IMG/VR virus record: IMGVR_UViG_3300037155_000096
DNA length: 64,000 bases
From: a virus
Reading direction: 5' to 3' (one strand)
Of the stretch, positions 26,476 to 35,463 are shown one piece after another (the first letter of the stretch is position 1; every line of letters begins with the position of its first letter). A model generated the notes under the pieces. That model saw only the letters and a program-made list of their open reading frames with translations, was not told the origin of the DNA and searched no databases. Both the position numbers and the translations under genes were made by a program.

Positions 26476-26772
26476 TCAGCCGAATGGCGTGGTAACTTCC
26501 TTGTTTCTCAATAGGTTAGAGTTCTCGTCCAAATCCCAATTACTTGAGTCAACTGGAGGACAAATTCCCGCGTTGCCATCAGGCTTCTCTGAATTTAGAT
26601 CTATGCCTTTACATCCGGCGAATCGTATCGGGGATTCATTGTCCACCGTGGACGTCCCAATGGCATATTCTTCCTGGCTGAACAAATCCTTTGCGTGGAT
26701 CTTACATTCCTCTACCGACATCCAATCTGGATAGGTGTACGTTTTCGTGCTGGTTACTGTTACTACTTTCAT
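26476..26772 (-). CDS. hypothetical protein
   Basis: ORF in minus-strand run. Confidence 0.65.
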   Translation of the reverse strand: MKVVTVTSTKTYTYPDWMSVEECKIHAKDLFSQEEYAIGTSTVDNESPIRFAGCKGIDLNSEKPDGNAGICPPVDSSNWDLDENSNLLRNKEVTTPFG

Positions 26773-26963
26773 CGTGGATCTCCTATATACCGTTTTCCCT
26801 TTCTGGCCGTCTTGAAGTGGAACGAGTACGAGAAAACATTCGTTGTTATCTGTCCATGGTTATTCCGGACATGGGTTTCATCAAGCTGGAAATATTTCAT
26901 CAGCCAATATCTGATTATCTGGAACCTGATCTCATTCATAAGTTTTTTCATGACTGCACCCAC
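26769..26963 (-). CDS. hypothetical protein
   Basis: ORF in minus-strand run. Confidence 0.55.
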   Translation of the reverse strand: MGAVMKKLMNEIRFQIIRYWLMKYFQLDETHVRNNHGQITTNVFSYSFHFKTARKGKRYIGDPR

Positions 26964-26988
26964 ATTTCCGGATTCTGATACTTATCAT

Positions 26989-27249
26989 TCATGCTACTTC
27001 CTTTACTTTAGCCGTCCGCACATAGAATCCCATGGCGGACTTGTTTTTGAAATCCCTTACTCTCACCAGATATCGCTGAACGTGATAATCTGACAAGGGT
27101 GTCACCGTTACGGACTTGACATGTTTAGCCAGCTCCTTTGAAGTGCCCCGCATAACAAATGTCATTTCCTTATCAAATAGGTCATATTGTGGGTACACTC
27201 CGCATTTCGGATCATTTACGCCGACCAACATTTTATTCATTTGCCTCAT
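26989..27249 (-). CDS. hypothetical protein
   Basis: ORF in minus-strand run. Confidence 0.65.
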   Translation of the reverse strand: MRQMNKMLVGVNDPKCGVYPQYDLFDKEMTFVMRGTSKELAKHVKSVTVTPLSDYHVQRYLVRVRDFKNKSAMGFYVRTAKVKEVA

Positions 27250-27775
27250 ACAGCTGGAAATACTTCAGCATCCCTTTTACCTGTGCTTTCAAGTCCCGCT
27301 TGGTACCTTCGTTCACGATAGTCATGTCTATCAGCGTACGCGGCAATCCTATTTCAGATAAATGCTTACCAGCCTTACAGCCTGGCCTATCCATCCGGAT
27401 CATCAAGCCGCCCATATCCTTAATAAACTGAGCTTCATTAGGATATCTGACATCATCGATAACTACAAGTTTGCGTGTACCGGTGATTTTACAGGTTCTG
27501 AAATAGTCCAGAATATCCTCTTTTGTCTTGTTTACCCATATATCTGGGCTATACTCCCGTCCGGCTTCAGTACCAAGTACCTGCAGGAGCCGCCTCCCTT
27601 TCTCATCCTTCTTGCCATCCCATTTGAATTCTTCCTTTGCGATTTCCTTGATAGGCGTGGCAAAACTAAACATTCGGACTCCTACGTATTTTGCCGCAGT
27701 AGTCTTTCCTGATTTCATAAATCCCGCAAATCCAATGATTGTCGGTTTCTTGTTTTTCTTAACTTTCCCGCTCAT
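27233..27775 (-). CDS. deoxynucleoside monophosphate kinase (phage dNMP kinase)
   Basis: IIGFAGFMKSGKTTAA P-loop, SFATPIKE, RRLLQVLGTEAGR, VVIDDVRYPNEA, HLSE. Confidence 0.9.
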   Translation of the reverse strand: MSGKVKKNKKPTIIGFAGFMKSGKTTAAKYVGVRMFSFATPIKEIAKEEFKWDGKKDEKGRRLLQVLGTEAGREYSPDIWVNKTKEDILDYFRTCKITGTRKLVVIDDVRYPNEAQFIKDMGGLMIRMDRPGCKAGKHLSEIGLPRTLIDMTIVNEGTKRDLKAQVKGMLKYFQLYEANE

Positions 27776-27887
27776 AACTCATCGTTTCCTTATATTTTTC
27801 AAAATGGACATCCCGCTGATGCCGCTTCGACCACCTTTACCGCTGGCAGTTCGCCCAGCCAATGTTTTCCATCCGGTTCATCGCCCA

Positions 27888-28349
27888 TTAAATCTTGATT
27901 CCGAAGCAAATTCGAATAGCTCTTACCATTCCATAAAAATCTAATTGCGAAGGGTAAACGATGCAGGCTTTCCTTCGCCCATGATTATTCGTTCCTCCGA
28001 TAGCGTATCCTCCCAAGAAGAACGTTGGCATAATAATCAGCTCTGGAAAGTTATTTCTCAAAGCCTGGATTTCTGTCGTTCCTTCTCCTGGTCCGGGTAA
28101 AGACATCGCCCCTGTCGAAGCGCCCATGTTATTCGTTGATTCTGGCAGAACTCTTTTCTTAAATTTCGCCGAGAAATCCATTGGCTGAACCTTGACTTCA
28201 CAATCGAAAATTTCTGAGGCTTGACGCATCATTCGGTCATTAAATTTCTTGCTAAAAGCCTTGGGGAAAACAGAGGGTTTCTGAAAAACTTGAACGGACG
28301 GAGTGCATGCGATTGCGCTAGTCTTATTTTTCTTTTTGTCATCTTTCAT
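27888..28349 (-). CDS. hypothetical protein
   Basis: ORF in minus-strand run. Confidence 0.65.
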   Translation of the reverse strand: MKDDKKKNKTSAIACTPSVQVFQKPSVFPKAFSKKFNDRMMRQASEIFDCEVKVQPMDFSAKFKKRVLPESTNNMGASTGAMSLPGPGEGTTEIQALRNNFPELIIMPTFFLGGYAIGGTNNHGRRKACIVYPSQLDFYGMVRAIRICFGIKI

Positions 28350-28381
28350 GGTGCAAATTCCTATGCAGATAAATGCGTGTG

Positions 28382-28513
28382 CTACTCATCGGACTTCCTT
28401 TTTTTATGCTTAGTTTTCCTGGTATACAGATCCTTCATTTCCACCATAGGCGGTTTCTTCGGGACGGGTATCCTCTTGACAATCTTCTTTATTTTCAGGG
28501 TTTCTTTTTTCAT
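28382..28513 (-). CDS. 43-aa basic microprotein with an ArfA-like YxRKxKH motif
   Basis: MKKETLKIKKIVKRIPVPKKPPMVEMKDLYTRKTKHKKRKSDE*; translated by hand, below the ORF track cutoff. Confidence 0.55.
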   Translation of the reverse strand: MKKETLKIKKIVKRIPVPKKPPMVEMKDLYTRKTKHKKRKSDE

Positions 28514-28514
28514 C

Positions 28515-28799
28515 TTAATTCGTTGAGATCGGAAGCTCTGTTTCAGTCTTCAGCCTGACTAATCTCATCCAAGCCTTATCCGTAAAATGTCCGTCGCGGA
28601 CTCTGCTCATTACTAAATCAAAAATCGCATTGCCCCACGATGCAGGAGAAACGGCAATAAAATGTATCAGGCTGCCAACTACGATATCCATCGTTATCGG
28701 AGCGCCCGGATACATGAGTCTGAATTCTTCCATAACTCCCTCATCGGACATAGGGAGTGTTACTGATTTCGGCTGGTAATTCTTATCCGCCTGATACAT
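28515..28799 (-). CDS. hypothetical protein (paralogue of 28809-29129)
   Basis: C-terminus GHFTDKAWMRLVRLKTETELPISTN. Confidence 0.7.
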   Translation of the reverse strand: MYQADKNYQPKSVTLPMSDEGVMEEFRLMYPGAPITMDIVVGSLIHFIAVSPASWGNAIFDLVMSRVRDGHFTDKAWMRLVRLKTETELPISTN

Positions 28800-28808
28800 C
28801 CTGATTCC

Positions 28809-29129
28809 TTAATTCATTGTTATCGGGCAATCAATCTCTGCGCACATACGGACAACCTTTGTCCATGCCTTGTGCTTAAACTTTCCGGTCTCAATACTTT
28901 TCAAGATGCAGCTGAGCATAACGGCAGCGCTCTCATCTGACTGACATGACAACATGCCGAGCATCCCATCGACCACTTCTTCCATAGTGACATCGCGAAG
29001 ATCTGGACATTGTTCTCTGACTACCTGCATCAGTTCTTCCTCAGTGTACGGAAATTCCTGATTGCTTACAGCCTTACGTTGCATTTCTATCATATCATAC
29101 GTCCAACTTTGGTTCGGGCAGTTTATCAA
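28809..29129 (-). CDS. hypothetical protein (paralogue of 28515-28799)
   Basis: C-terminus GKFKHKAWTKVVRMCAEIDCPITMN. Confidence 0.7.
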   Translation of the reverse strand: MINCPNQSWTYDMIEMQRKAVSNQEFPYTEEELMQVVREQCPDLRDVTMEEVVDGMLGMLSCQSDESAAVMLSCILKSIETGKFKHKAWTKVVRMCAEIDCPITMN

Positions 29130-29388
29130 TAAGTGTTCTTACTGTTTCCAGAACAAGTACGCGTGCCTTCAGTCTATCAACATCGGGCTGAGTCTGCGGA
29201 ACTTTAAGCTGGCTCTCTGATTCAGTAATAATTTCACAGAGCATCTCATCTATCTGAAAATCTCTTGCCGTGATGATATCCGGAATGATCGACTTGACAT
29301 CGCTTTCATTATAAACGAAGGCGTCCTCAGCGGAGTCCGCCGCCAGACGGTTATTCTTTAGCCACCTCTCAATCGTAATTTCTGACAT
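29095..29388 (-). CDS. hypothetical protein (paralogue of 30712-31035)
   Basis: ITIERW..YNESDVKSII..AR..QID. Confidence 0.7.
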   Translation of the reverse strand: MSEITIERWLKNNRLAADSAEDAFVYNESDVKSIIPDIITARDFQIDEMLCEIITESESQLKVPQTQPDVDRLKARVLVLETVRTLIDKLPEPKLDV

Positions 29389-29618
29389 TACTTATTTTCT
29401 CCATTATCCGTTAAACTGTCAAATACCTTACATAATTCATCAATGCACTCTTTGCAAAGGTTTCTCGGATCTCCCGGATCTTGTGGGCGAGTGCAGGGCG
29501 ACCACTTACCGTTAATTTGAATGTTCGACTGACATAAGCCGGTTAACATGAAGGGCTCCTGGTCATGCTCTTTCAGCATATAATGATTGAACCCGCCTGA
29601 GCCAAATTTCCTTTTCAA
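29388..29618 (-). CDS. hypothetical Cys/His-containing protein
   Basis: H..LC..C..LCKEC. Confidence 0.6.
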   Translation of the reverse strand: MKRKFGSGGFNHYMLKEHDQEPFMLTGLCQSNIQINGKWSPCTRPQDPGDPRNLCKECIDELCKVFDSLTDNGENK

Positions 29619-29920
29619 TCTCCTGGATCTCCGCCCTCAGCATAACCCTGCGAGTAATGCAAGTGTGCGATTCTCTTCATAAGAATCAATTCCTCTTCCG
29701 TGCATCCAAGTTCCACAAATCTTTTTTCCAGAGAAAGCTGCAGAATGTCAGCCTGATGCAACAGTGCCTTAAATTCGCTGACATCTCCAAATTTTCCGGT
29801 ATGCCGGACAGTCACATCAAACAGTTCAAGCCCATTATGGTCTTTGCCAAGAGGCTTCTCGATGACATACTCTTTGTTCTTAACTTGTTCGATTTCACTT
29901 TGTACTGCGTGAGTTCCCAT
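29615..29920 (-). CDS. hypothetical protein
   Basis: first ORF after the 29945 motif copy. Confidence 0.65.
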   Translation of the reverse strand: MGTHAVQSEIEQVKNKEYVIEKPLGKDHNGLELFDVTVRHTGKFGDVSEFKALLHQADILQLSLEKRFVELGCTEEELILMKRIAHLHYSQGYAEGGDPGD

Positions 29921-29944
29921 AATTTACATTCTGTTATTTTGTGT

Positions 29945-29978
29945 GTTGTAAAGTATTACTTACAAATTGCATGCTAAG
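29945..29978 (-). promoter_or_regulatory. repeated sigma54-like promoter motif
   Basis: CTTAGCATGCAATTTGTAAGTAATACTTTACAAC. Confidence 0.75.
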
Positions 29979-30312
29979 ATTTGAACAGAGATTCCCTTAA
30001 TAACTCAACATTCGCCGCCACATCAATCTCTTCCTGACTCAACGGCATGGCTACCTTGAGTTCAGCAAGTGCCGCATACATCGGTTGGAATCGGTAATCC
30101 AAAATGATGCTGGAATCCTTTGAGATTACTTTTGCCACAACCGCAGACAGAAAATTCTTTTCGGAGTCATTGAGCGGCTCCTTGGCAATATCCGTTCCCC
30201 ACCAGATCGCCTGGATCTTTTCAAATATCTTCTGAGACAATTCCTCAGCTCTCAGTTTTTCTGATTCATTTAATGCCATAATTTCCTTAGTTAATCTGTT
30301 TACTTCCATCAA
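29974..30312 (-). CDS. hypothetical protein
   Basis: ORF in minus-strand run. Confidence 0.65.
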   Translation of the reverse strand: MMEVNRLTKEIMALNESEKLRAEELSQKIFEKIQAIWWGTDIAKEPLNDSEKNFLSAVVAKVISKDSSIILDYRFQPMYAALAELKVAMPLSQEEIDVAANVELLRESLFKS

Positions 30313-30715
30313 TGGTCTCTGTTGTGCCGCCCCACTGGGCTTTCAAGGCACCGGAAAAATCTCCCTTATCATCCGGAAAAATCATTCTGAGAACAGTCCT
30401 GCCCATTTCCTTAGCATAAGCAAACCGAACGGCATAACCTTTAGCAATCTTATCGTAAGCTACGCCTACGCCAAACCGTTTACCTTTCTGGATCTCCTCG
30501 ACCACATTATGCATTAGCATCGTTGCTGAATTCATGGGTATCGCCAGACAGATCTGTAAATCAAAATGTCCAAAGGATTCGAATACTCCATGCGTATGAA
30601 TGTTAAAGCCGTACGGAACGTCCAGCTCATCGGGAACGTAGTGGGTATAAAAGCCATATTTTTCCATGTACTCCCGAGTCTGTCGTTTCAATGCTTCCAT
30701 CGGATCTTTTTTCAT
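30287..30715 (-). CDS. DUF4262-like protein
   Basis: EKYGFYTHYV..FNIHTHGVFESFGHFDLQI..VLRMIFPDDKG. Confidence 0.7.
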   Translation of the reverse strand: MKKDPMEALKRQTREYMEKYGFYTHYVPDELDVPYGFNIHTHGVFESFGHFDLQICLAIPMNSATMLMHNVVEEIQKGKRFGVGVAYDKIAKGYAVRFAYAKEMGRTVLRMIFPDDKGDFSGALKAQWGGTTETIDGSKQIN

Positions 30716-31035
30716 CCTGTCACCTGTAATTCGGGTGGGGCAAGATATTCGACCACAGTGCTTATTTCGATGATTGCTTTCAATGCCGCGCTTGCAGCTG
30801 CAAAACTTACCTTTGACTTAGCCTCATCGAATGCTGTTTTCGTTGCCAATGCTTTTGCATCCGTGATGGCATCAAACTGTCTGTTCCTTCCTTTCAGGAC
30901 TAATTCAATTAGGTAATCGACATCTGATTCCAGGAAATACGGTTTCTCCACAACACCACATGGCGTATGCTTGCGGACCTTTTCCTTGAACTGGTCTATC
31001 GTAATAGAATTTTTCATGCGTTCTCCTTTTTCCAT
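30712..31035 (-). CDS. hypothetical protein (paralogue of 29095-29388)
   Basis: ITIDQF..FLESDVDYLI..GR..QFD. Confidence 0.7.
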   Translation of the reverse strand: MEKGERMKNSITIDQFKEKVRKHTPCGVVEKPYFLESDVDYLIELVLKGRNRQFDAITDAKALATKTAFDEAKSKVSFAAASAALKAIIEISTVVEYLAPPELQVTG

Positions 31036-31625
31036 AAATCGTCAAGTCTTCTGAGCTCGTCGACCATTTTCTGATATTCTTTTTTCTTCTTGAGCGGATG
31101 CAACATCCATTCGAATGTATATTTCGTTGCCTTGTCAATATCCACCTGACGAGCGTGCATTCCCAAATCGTTACAAATCCTGCCCCATTGCTCATCCGAA
31201 CTGGGAACGAACTTCTGGCGAGTGATAACATCCTCGTCGTCCACCACCAAATCCTGAAGCAAGTAAATCCTTGTTACTCCGTCATAAACGAAATAAGGAT
31301 ATCTCTTCTTGTTTTCTTTCGACTGTCCTTTCGGCAATCCCCTTACTGAACTTTTCAGTCCCATCCATGCTGAAACATCCCATATATACATGTGTTCAAG
31401 GTCGCAAGCATTGTAATTAAATCCGACCATACGTGTTTTGTCATCATCCTTGCCGTGTCCACCATAAGCCATGTCCGTCCATGGAGTTGCATGATACTTA
31501 TTCATTACTTCTTTGTCCTTGTAATCGAGGACATCCCAAATCGTACGAAAATTCTTTTCCATGAAGGATTGCATTTTCTGTGCCTCCTCATGGTCCTTGA
31601 ACATAGCGTAAACTGAATAGCCCAT
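31014..31625 (-). CDS. hypothetical protein
   Basis: 203-codon ORF in run. Confidence 0.75.
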   Translation of the reverse strand: MGYSVYAMFKDHEEAQKMQSFMEKNFRTIWDVLDYKDKEVMNKYHATPWTDMAYGGHGKDDDKTRMVGFNYNACDLEHMYIWDVSAWMGLKSSVRGLPKGQSKENKKRYPYFVYDGVTRIYLLQDLVVDDEDVITRQKFVPSSDEQWGRICNDLGMHARQVDIDKATKYTFEWMLHPLKKKKEYQKMVDELRRLDDLWKKENA

Positions 31626-31981
31626 TATAATTGCGCCTCCACTTCTTTTATTGCCGGCATATCTTCCAGACGTACTTCACTAACATTATCATATTTTTCA
31701 AATAAATCATGGTACATATCGACCTTATAAACTTCGCGAGGAATTACAATGACATTCTCCCCAATATTGCCCTGCCTCTCTGGTCTTTTCCAGTGGCATT
31801 CAAATCCGGTTTCCTTCGTAATCCTTTCAGAAATATTACCAGCGTGGTTCCATATAATCACGGTGACATATTTTTCACCATACTTCTTGCGGTAAACGTC
31901 CTTAGCGGACTGCAATTCGGATTCCATTCTGGAAATCTCCTGATACAATTCTTTCATGGACATGCTATCATAATTTTCCAT
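31625..31981 (-). CDS. hypothetical protein
   Basis: first ORF after the 32013 motif copy. Confidence 0.7.
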   Translation of the reverse strand: MENYDSMSMKELYQEISRMESELQSAKDVYRKKYGEKYVTVIIWNHAGNISERITKETGFECHWKRPERQGNIGENVIVIPREVYKVDMYHDLFEKYDNVSEVRLEDMPAIKEVEAQL

Positions 31982-32012
31982 ATTCGGTCTGCCTATGATT
32001 GTTGAAATTTTT

Positions 32013-32046
32013 GTTATGAGGTATTACTTACAAAAGGCGTGCTAAG
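32013..32046 (-). promoter_or_regulatory. repeated sigma54-like promoter motif
   Basis: CTTAGCACGCCTTTTGTAAGTAATACCTCATAAC. Confidence 0.75.
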
Positions 32047-32096
32047 AATTTGATTAAATTATCGGTGGGATGAACGTATTCTGTCGCAAATGTATG

Positions 32097-32462
32097 CTAA
32101 ATGTGCGACGAACAAGTCCATCGCCCGCCCCTTGCATAGGGCATAACCTGATTTAATAACGCCTGACACCTCCTGCGTTCTACTTCCCCTTTCTTCAGCA
32201 ACTCTGCCTTCAATCCTAAATCATGTTCCATGAGACAAACCAAACACCAGATAGCCAAAGTATCTCCGTTATGATGTATCGTAGACATCAGCATCAGTAT
32301 AAAAAATATCAGAGCAAGCGTATTCCATATACTCCAGAACACCCGTTTCCCGTAATTCTTCCTGATCGTTCTTTGTTCATATTTCAGGTATTCAATCATC
32401 TCAACCGGTGAAGCTGCACCAAACCATGTATCGGGCAATTCTTTCATTTGCTTGTCGGTCAT
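32097..32462 (-). CDS. membrane protein
   Basis: hydrophobic segment VFWSIWNTLALIFFILMLM. Confidence 0.65.
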   Translation of the reverse strand: MTDKQMKELPDTWFGAASPVEMIEYLKYEQRTIRKNYGKRVFWSIWNTLALIFFILMLMSTIHHNGDTLAIWCLVCLMEHDLGLKAELLKKGEVERRRCQALLNQVMPYARGGRWTCSSHI

Positions 32463-32797
32463 AGGAAACTCCTTATGTAATCTGCAATCGGGTTATCTAA
32501 TCTGCGAATTGCATCCGCTATCTCTTCTTCCAGCCCGGCCATTTCCGTGGCTAATCCTCCCTGCCATTGCGAGCCGATATGGCTGAACTTCGGATCTCCG
32601 AAGAAAACATGTCCCTCCGTAACCAGCAGACCGACCGTAGTGAATCCATCCTGAACGCTAAGGCATACCGTATAACAGTAGCCGTCATTCTTGACATGGT
32701 ACAAATAGTTAGTCATCTGATGTTCTTTCGGAGAGGTACAAACCGGTTCGTAAGTAACACCTTCGACGACAATGTTGGTATCTATGCTTACTTTCAT
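32459..32797 (-). CDS. hypothetical protein (paralogue of 32794-33132)
   Basis: YLYHV..YTVCLSV..TVGLLVTEGHV..SH..W..LEEEIADAIRRL. Confidence 0.7.
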   Translation of the reverse strand: MKVSIDTNIVVEGVTYEPVCTSPKEHQMTNYLYHVKNDGYCYTVCLSVQDGFTTVGLLVTEGHVFFGDPKFSHIGSQWQGGLATEMAGLEEEIADAIRRLDNPIADYIRSFL

Positions 32798-33132
32798 AAG
32801 TGTATCGTTAACATTTTACGTTTTTCTAATTTCTTGATCGCATCCTCAACCCAGTCCTCCAGTTCATCATTCTTTATCTTGAAGCCGGATTCCCATTCAG
32901 GCGGATACATCCTGTGACTTAATTTCCAATCTACCTTTACATGCCCTCTGCACATGACTACTCCCAGCGTGGCATTAGTTGCATCATTTGTAACATTAAC
33001 TGCAATGGTATATTTTTCGCCGCTTGCCAAAACATGATAAACGTGGCTAACCAGATACTTCTCCAGTTTGATTCTGGATACAGCCTGATAGCCTTCGCTT
33101 CTAAACATTAACGGGAACTTGGATATCTTCAT
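32794..33132 (-). CDS. hypothetical protein (paralogue of 32459-32797)
   Basis: HVYHV..YTIAVNV..TLGVVMCRGHV..SH..W..LEDWVEDAIKKL. Confidence 0.7.
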   Translation of the reverse strand: MKISKFPLMFRSEGYQAVSRIKLEKYLVSHVYHVLASGEKYTIAVNVTNDATNATLGVVMCRGHVKVDWKLSHRMYPPEWESGFKIKNDELEDWVEDAIKKLEKRKMLTIHL

Positions 33133-33133
33133 G

Positions 33134-33346
33134 TCAGTTAAACGGTATTAAATTCAGTAGTACAACATTCGTGACTTTATTTTCGGTCTGCAGGAAGTTC
33201 ACCAATTTCTCTACATCCTTGTCCTTACGGATCTTCTTCATGCGAACAAATCGTCCGGACGTACATGAAACCGATGGACTCTTCGCGCATTCATACGATA
33301 CATAATATCCTATTTTCCTATTTCGGCTTCTTAATGGTCTAATCAT
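33134..33346 (-). CDS. hypothetical protein
   Basis: ORF in run. Confidence 0.6.
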   Translation of the reverse strand: MIRPLRSRNRKIGYYVSYECAKSPSVSCTSGRFVRMKKIRKDKDVEKLVNFLQTENKVTNVVLLNLIPFN

Positions 33347-33397
33347 CAGGCTATACCCTTACTTTTCTTGAACAATATTCAGGTTATACCCTGATTT

Positions 33398-33850
33398 TCA
33401 TCCTTCACTTAATTTCTTCGCTATTGCCGCCCCGATATCGAATCCAACAAACTCCTGTTCTTTCGGTATGGGTGTGCTTTCAACAATCTGAGCCTCTTCA
33501 ATGCTGCCGTCCCCTCTTTCAAAGAATTCCCGGTTATGTCCATGCCAAAGCGGATACTTCGGCGGATCTAACAAGAACATAATGATTGCAATACCTTCTT
33601 CTCCCCATGTTTTGCGGACCACATCATTCATGGACATACCGAACTCTTCATAATTTCCTAAACGTTCCTTGATAACACTATCGAAGCCAATGATATCGAA
33701 TCCAAGCGGTATCGGTTCTTTAATCAGGAATCTCTCCAGATCGGTGCCGAACACTCTTTTGAAATCCTTGCCCTTGTACCGGCAGTTCTGAAATCTGACC
33801 ATCATATCATAAAATACTGTGCCGGGCTTGAGCATATCTTCTTCAGTCAT
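33398..33850 (-). CDS. hypothetical protein
   Basis: FDIIGFD..MSMNDVV..WGEEG..II pattern seen in phage hypotheticals. Confidence 0.7.
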   Translation of the reverse strand: MTEEDMLKPGTVFYDMMVRFQNCRYKGKDFKRVFGTDLERFLIKEPIPLGFDIIGFDSVIKERLGNYEEFGMSMNDVVRKTWGEEGIAIIMFLLDPPKYPLWHGHNREFFERGDGSIEEAQIVESTPIPKEQEFVGFDIGAAIAKKLSEG

Positions 33851-34091
33851 TGCCTTCCTTTATGAATAACTTTTCATTTAATTTCTTGTCAAGCCATGAA
33901 ATTCTGAAGGCTATGCCTATACAACACAATATCCAGAAGAACGTCAGACCTGATGCTATTGCCATAGCGCTCCACTGCGCTACTCCTGCGATTGCAAAGA
34001 CCGAGATACCTTGCAGTGCGGCTACGACTAACATTACTTTCAGTGTCTTTGCCCAATTCCATTTTTTCAATGCTTCCGGTTCTGTAATCAT
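33843..34091 (-). CDS. small two-TM membrane protein
   Basis: two hydrophobic helices. Confidence 0.7.
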   Translation of the reverse strand: MITEPEALKKWNWAKTLKVMLVVAALQGISVFAIAGVAQWSAMAIASGLTFFWILCCIGIAFRISWLDKKLNEKLFIKEGND

Positions 34092-34205
34092 TTACTTAAT
34101 TCCTCAATGAGTTAAAAAATGCCATGCTACTTTTATTATACACAAAGCTACGATTGCTAAAGCTACTTTCCATAAACATCCTGAACATCCCATAATACGT
34201 TTCCT

Positions 34206-35384
34206 TTATTTTTTCTTTTTACGTTTCGTTAACTGTGCTGCGCCTAATCTCTGATATGCAGATGGCTGTGTCTCGGACACCGGAGACTTTTTTGCTTTTT
34301 TCTTGGTCTTAGACTTAAACTTATTCGTCAAAGCTGCATCAGCATTAGCTCCGAGCTGAGCAATATCAAGTTTAGTAACGTTCATTTCCAGAGCGAGTCC
34401 TTCCCCCTCAATTCGAGCAGCAATCCTGTCAATGGGGATCATACGAGCCGCCAGATAAGCGATTCGCTCTTTAGTCTTATCAACATCGATACAATTAAAC
34501 GTTTTGGTCAGGAATGCTGAACTAGCCTTCTTTGTCGTTAATTGCAAAATGCTCTGGTGATGCAATATATACTCGTTTCCTTTAATCTCCTCCACATTCT
34601 CGGTATTCCCTAAGAACCTAATGATCGACTCTATCGTCTGACCGCCACTATCCCTGCAATATTTTTCTAATATCGCCTTTACATTGTCAACTTTCGGACA
34701 TTTCAATAAGTGTACTTTGCCTGACTCCCTGTCCTGCAGCGTAACATATCCGGATTTCTTTTCCATCGTGCCTGGCTGGGCTGTAAAATGCGTATAAACT
34801 GCAGTCGGAATCATATTCTCATTGCCAAGCTGTCCTATGATATGACCTACATCTTTGCCTTCTTCTGCCAGTTGTCGCGCCCTCACAAGGACTCGATCCT
34901 TCGATTCATGCGGAACGGCTATCGAATATGGTATGCTGTCCTCTCTGTCCCTCATGGTTATGAGGCAGGTTCCGGTATATTTTTTCGAGCCTCCGAAATC
35001 AATCGGAACGTGCGGATTCTTCAAATCCTTTATGCGTGCAATCTGACATATTCCTATCTTGACATATTTCCCCTCGTGAATAGAACCGATTCCTATGTCG
35101 GCTAATATTCTCCCTGGCACAACATCACCATCCTGAAGGGCTGCCAAATCGATGTTTCTACGGATATTTTTCTGAATATGTTCATCAATAATCTCGTCTG
35201 GCGAGAACACCGTTACCTTATCCCCGTCCTGGCGGTTCACCTTAGCTTTCAACTCCACGAGCATATTATCAAATTTCTTCGCAAGCTCGGGCATGCCTTT
35301 GGTTCGGGCATCTTCAGACAGAAATAACAATTCAGCCCAATTAAAGCCATTTACAGTGTATACGTGCTTTTCGGTAACTTCCAT
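34206..35384 (-). CDS. hypothetical protein with about three internal 55-60 aa repeats
   Basis: ITMRDRED..IIGQLG / VTLQDRES..IIRFLG / LQLTTKK..IAARIE. Confidence 0.75.
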   Translation of the reverse strand: MEVTEKHVYTVNGFNWAELLFLSEDARTKGMPELAKKFDNMLVELKAKVNRQDGDKVTVFSPDEIIDEHIQKNIRRNIDLAALQDGDVVPGRILADIGIGSIHEGKYVKIGICQIARIKDLKNPHVPIDFGGSKKYTGTCLITMRDREDSIPYSIAVPHESKDRVLVRARQLAEEGKDVGHIIGQLGNENMIPTAVYTHFTAQPGTMEKKSGYVTLQDRESGKVHLLKCPKVDNVKAILEKYCRDSGGQTIESIIRFLGNTENVEEIKGNEYILHHQSILQLTTKKASSAFLTKTFNCIDVDKTKERIAYLAARMIPIDRIAARIEGEGLALEMNVTKLDIAQLGANADAALTNKFKSKTKKKAKKSPVSETQPSAYQRLGAAQLTKRKKKK

Positions 35385-35420
35385 TTTATCTCCAATAACG
35401 GTTTAATCGTTAATTTTTAT

Positions 35421-35453
35421 GTTTGTAAGATAACTTACAAGAAACGTGCTAAG
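35421..35453 (-). promoter_or_regulatory. repeated sigma54-like promoter motif
   Basis: CTTAGCACGTTTCTTGTAAGTTATCTTACAAAC. Confidence 0.75.
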
Positions 35454-35463
35454 AAAAAAGGTA

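Noticed and set aside
34105-34190. TAGCAT/TAGCAA half-sites as motif copies (similar cases near 25990, 28385, 44855, 47555)
   Set aside because: The -12 TTG element is missing or off-spacing.
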